From NCBI GenBank assembly GCA_026415505.1, contig JAOAGY010000009.1, positions 71,818 to 135,817 on the forward strand: 64,000 bases of DNA, read 5' to 3'. Source of the DNA: Chlorobiota bacterium (GTDB lineage: Bacteria > Bacteroidota > Ignavibacteria > Kapaibacteriales > NICIL-2). This document shows, in pieces, positions 60,792-64,000 of this stretch. A program made the translations under genes and the position numbers. Position 1 is the stretch's first letter. Each line of letters begins with the position of its first letter. The notes below the pieces were generated by a model. It worked only from the letters and a program-made list of their open reading frames with translations, was not told where the DNA came from and did not search any database.

Positions 60792-62126
60792 CTATCGCAA
60801 CAGTTGAATCTTCAAAATCGCGCGCGACAGCTCGACAGTCGGATCGTCCACCGGACGCGCGATCAACACGACGGTGTACAGTCCCTGTGAGGCTTGATCG
60901 GGAGCATTCCACACGATCGTATTGACGCTGCCGGATGTCGTTCGTGGTACGACGACATTATCGAGCAGCAATGCCAGTTCTTTACCGGTTACGTCGTACA
61001 CCTTCGCAGTGATTCGAACGCGATCTTCGACCGTGTATCGAATCGTCGCTTGGGTCGTCGTCGGATTCGGGTACACGGTCGCCGACGAGATTACGCTGAT
61101 CGGGATACGAATCGAGGTCGTATCGAGAAATCGCCGACTGCCGTCGTACATGATTGCCGACAGCTCGTATTCGTACTCGATGTCGCGGAAGTTGACCGTA
61201 TCGGGCGTGGACATCGTGTAGTCGAATCCCACCGTCGTCGTGCCCTTCGAAAAGAGTGCAGTATCGAACGGTACCCCGAAGCGCCGAATCTCGGTGAACT
61301 CGGTTTGGCTCGGAGGAAGAGTCGAACACAAACACCGCCGACGGATGACGAAACCGCGAACGCCTTGTTCGCACAACGTCTTCCAATGAAGCTGCACGAG
61401 CCGATCGCCCAAATACTCCGCGCGGAAACTTCCCGCTTCGAGCGTCAAGCACGGCTCGGGCGCCGGTGCGACACGAAACGAATCGGTTCGCACGACAACT
61501 CGATCGAGTGTGCTGTCAATCCGTGGATAGTTTCGCATCTCGATGTTGTCGTCCGCCCGATACCAACGAACACCGTAGGCTATGCTGTCCACTTCGAGCT
61601 TGTAGGCATTGGCTTGGTAGTAGTCGTGTGGTTCCATCCACGCGATCGAGCTACCGATGCGCCCGCCGTCGGTCATCGTCACACGGAAACGCCCCAGCCG
61701 CAGCGTCGAATCGAGCGGGAAATACTTCGCATCACGAAACTCATCTGGACCGTAGATGAACACGGAAATCCAGCCGTCGTGCAAGCTGATGCAGTAGCTG
61801 TATGCCGTCAACGGTGCATTCGCATACGAAGCGATCGGAAGATCGGAGCTATTCGGCAGCAGCTCGACGCGCATCGCCGACGGTGTGTATCGGCTACTTG
61901 CAACTCCGACGATCTGAAACTGGAAGGTACCGTTTGCCCATCGTTCCCAAACGTTCGATGTTCGGCGGAGCGTGAGCGAAAATTCGATCGTCTGCGGATC
62001 GACAATCGCGACGTCCTCGATAGAAACGATGGAGAGAATTTCGCGCTCGATCGTCTGTGCGCTGGACGTTCGGACAAGTCCTGCCAGCGCGAAAAACCCG
62101 AATACTGTCAGCACTACTCGTTTCAT
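60792..62126 (-). CDS. secreted hypothetical protein with T9SS C-terminal sorting domain
   Basis: Signal peptide MKRVVLTVFGFFALAGLVRTSSAQ. The C-terminal ~90 aa (...TVYPNPTTTQATIRYTVEDRVRITAKVYDVTGKELALL...GLYTVVLIA...) looks like a Por_Secre_tail type-A CTD. Confidence 0.6.
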   Translation of the reverse strand: MKRVVLTVFGFFALAGLVRTSSAQTIEREILSIVSIEDVAIVDPQTIEFSLTLRRTSNVWERWANGTFQFQIVGVASSRYTPSAMRVELLPNSSDLPIASYANAPLTAYSYCISLHDGWISVFIYGPDEFRDAKYFPLDSTLRLGRFRVTMTDGGRIGSSIAWMEPHDYYQANAYKLEVDSIAYGVRWYRADDNIEMRNYPRIDSTLDRVVVRTDSFRVAPAPEPCLTLEAGSFRAEYLGDRLVQLHWKTLCEQGVRGFVIRRRCLCSTLPPSQTEFTEIRRFGVPFDTALFSKGTTTVGFDYTMSTPDTVNFRDIEYEYELSAIMYDGSRRFLDTTSIRIPISVISSATVYPNPTTTQATIRYTVEDRVRITAKVYDVTGKELALLLDNVVVPRTTSGSVNTIVWNAPDQASQGLYTVVLIARPVDDPTVELSRAILKIQLLR

Positions 62127-63967
62127 CGGGGCACGTTCGTCGTTCGACCGCGATTATTCCACGTCTTGTTCGCATCGCGCGTGGTGACGATACCGCTCAT
62201 ATCGGTGTCGCGATTGAGATAGCCTTCCTCGACGCAGCCGTTCCAGATTGCATCGTAGTCGGTTCGGTCGCCGATGTCAACCGATCCGTCGCCATTGACA
62301 TCGCCGGCGACCATACCGAAGATGACGCCATCGGTCGGCGAGTAGTCAATCGGCTTGAGCGCTGCTGCACCACCGGAGACGAGTGTCGGCGAACTCAGCA
62401 CGACCGCTTGAGCTGGCTGGTCGTCACTGGCAAGACGCAACGGCGCTGCAGTGATAATCGCAAGATGTGTTCGGTGGTGAATCGCAACGTAATAGGTCGT
62501 CGTATCAACCGTCGGATCGAAACACAGTCGAGAGCTCCCGTCGACATCGACGATCGTTCCATTGGCACGGAGCAGCGCTGTGCGATAGACACGCTGCGGG
62601 CTTGTGGGATTCGGGCGCAACTCGATGAGCACCCAATCGACGATCGCCGAATCCATCGCTGGTGTATTGATCGCGGTGCGATTCGGATCGCGGTTGTACG
62701 GGTAGATGTTCGGTGGCGTCGGCGGAATCAACCGGCGGCGCGCAAGATCGGTTGCCATCGAGCCATTGCGGTACGGACCTTCGAGCAACACGCGTGCATC
62801 GAGGCATACTTGAACCGGCACCGGATAACCGATAGCAAAAGGTCCGAGCTGAGAGAGAGTGTCCGCCAATGAATATGCCCAACCACTTGAATCGAGCGCC
62901 GCAGGGACTCTCGACGAGCGGATGTTCCGCCACCGTGCACCGTTCCAGTGCAGCAGAATCACACGCTGGCGATCGAGACCGTTGGCTTCGTCGGTCGCCG
63001 GCTCGTTTGGTGTGTCGAGCCATGCATACCCGAAGGTGTACGGTAGCGAGCCGAGCGGCGACCCTGTTCGATCGGTTGCGGTAACGAAAAACGCTCGGCG
63101 TGCTTTCGTCGTGCCTTCGGGATACGGCGGAAATGTCTGTGGTAACGTCCGCACAGTAAGCGATGCCGGTACGGCAGCAGCAGGCTGTCGCACAGCGAGC
63201 CACGTAAAGCGATTGGTAAACAGTTGCGGCGTACTGTCGCCTGCGATACCCGTTCGCCGTAGCGAACCAATGACTTCCGAGCGCGGATGCACGTAGAAAG
63301 GATCGAGCGCCTGCGGTGTGTACGTCAACACATAACGCTCGCTCGTATCACGCTCGGTGTAAATGAACGTCGCACGATCAGCCGTACCGACGACGAGCGA
63401 ATCGTTCACCGTCACATGGCGATCGAGCTGGAGTCCGCCGCCAGTGACGACGGTCAGCGAACGCAGCACGTTCTCGGCAGCGGGTACTTCGTTACCTGTG
63501 ACGATCCGCGAAGCTCCTTCGTAGCGGATCGAATAACCACCGACGTAACGCAGAAAGTCCGTGACCGAACCCGAATCGGTTCGAATCACGAGCGAGCGAT
63601 CGTCCATGGTGACGTTGCTCGCAGTCGAGTTGCGAAGCTCGCCGCGGTGGAGATAGAGCGTGTGTCGAATTGCAATGTCGGCGGAATCGTCCATTCGAGC
63701 GCCAGCAGGATTGTCCACTTCCAGTGCGCTCATTCGTCCGCGACCGGTCAGCAGTTGCTCTCCGCTGCCACGGAGAATCACTGCACCGTAGGCGCCGTTG
63801 TCGTTGACCGAGCCGTCGTGGTGAACGCGACCGTGTGCAATCAACGGATATCGTTCGGCGATGACGAGTTGACTCGGCGCTTCGGTCACGAGCGTATCGG
63901 CGCTGACGAGCGAACGTCCGGAAGATGTATCGAGCTGTTTGGTGCTTCTGCCGCGGAAGTAGAGCAC
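62123..63967 (-). CDS. large secreted hypothetical protein with C-terminal dockerin-like Ca-binding repeats; the N-terminus may be mis-set or lie outside the window
   Basis: C-terminus GDVNGDGSVDIGDRTDYDAIWN...NRDTDMSGIVTTRDANKTW has dockerin/EF-hand-like D-x-N-x-D-G loops. No clear signal peptide at the listed start, so the true start may be different. Stop overlaps the downstream gene start (ATGA 62123-62126). Confidence 0.45.
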   Translation of the reverse strand: MLYFRGRSTKQLDTSSGRSLVSADTLVTEAPSQLVIAERYPLIAHGRVHHDGSVNDNGAYGAVILRGSGEQLLTGRGRMSALEVDNPAGARMDDSADIAIRHTLYLHRGELRNSTASNVTMDDRSLVIRTDSGSVTDFLRYVGGYSIRYEGASRIVTGNEVPAAENVLRSLTVVTGGGLQLDRHVTVNDSLVVGTADRATFIYTERDTSERYVLTYTPQALDPFYVHPRSEVIGSLRRTGIAGDSTPQLFTNRFTWLAVRQPAAAVPASLTVRTLPQTFPPYPEGTTKARRAFFVTATDRTGSPLGSLPYTFGYAWLDTPNEPATDEANGLDRQRVILLHWNGARWRNIRSSRVPAALDSSGWAYSLADTLSQLGPFAIGYPVPVQVCLDARVLLEGPYRNGSMATDLARRRLIPPTPPNIYPYNRDPNRTAINTPAMDSAIVDWVLIELRPNPTSPQRVYRTALLRANGTIVDVDGSSRLCFDPTVDTTTYYVAIHHRTHLAIITAAPLRLASDDQPAQAVVLSSPTLVSGGAAALKPIDYSPTDGVIFGMVAGDVNGDGSVDIGDRTDYDAIWNGCVEEGYLNRDTDMSGIVTTRDANKTWNNRGRTTNVPR

Positions 63968-64000
63968 CGAATAGGTGATTTGCGGAACACGTTGTGCGCC

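Overview
High-GC (roughly 60-65%), very gene-dense bacterial chromosomal window. About 50 protein genes, many with 4-nt ATGA start/stop overlaps, plus two tRNAs (tRNA-Leu-CAG and tRNA-Ser-CGA, both on the minus strand). The content is mostly core housekeeping:
- A dispersed cell-wall/division set: murB, murD-ftsW, murC.
- lysS, trmD, queC, mutL, xseAB, ispF, gpsA, plsY, tsaD, a split transketolase, lptB, htrA, and two SurA-like PPIases.

Interspersed are envelope and secretion genes typical of the FCB superphylum: T9SS-type C-terminal sorting domains, an SBBP beta-propeller repeat protein, a GWxTD protein, a DUF4139-like protein, and OmpA-domain outer membrane proteins. Some genes carry strong Shine-Dalgarno sites, which argues against Bacteroidia proper. 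I found no CRISPR array, integrase, transposase or obvious defense genes.

The most unusual items are:
1. A clpB gene that encodes only the C-terminal half (second half of the middle domain, NBD2 and the C-terminal domain).
2. A periplasmic-sensor/PAS histidine-kinase-like protein whose phospho-acceptor His box and ATP-lid G1 box look degenerate. It sits downstream of a secreted-protein / T9SS-cargo / OmpA-like cassette.
3. A second, parallel T9SS-cargo + OmpA-like + MATE-like cassette.
4. An ftsW-linked TPR / beta-barrel / SPOR / TonB(TolA)-like / flippase module that replaces the usual murG neighbourhood.
5. A signal-peptide-like reading frame for a secreted esterase that runs in-frame into the 3' end of tRNA-Leu.

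CDS frames follow the supplied ORF track. Coordinates I derived by reading the sequence (RNAs, motifs, hairpins) may be off by 1-2 nt. Several starts are chosen among alternatives (TTG/GTG versus internal ATG) and are uncertain.
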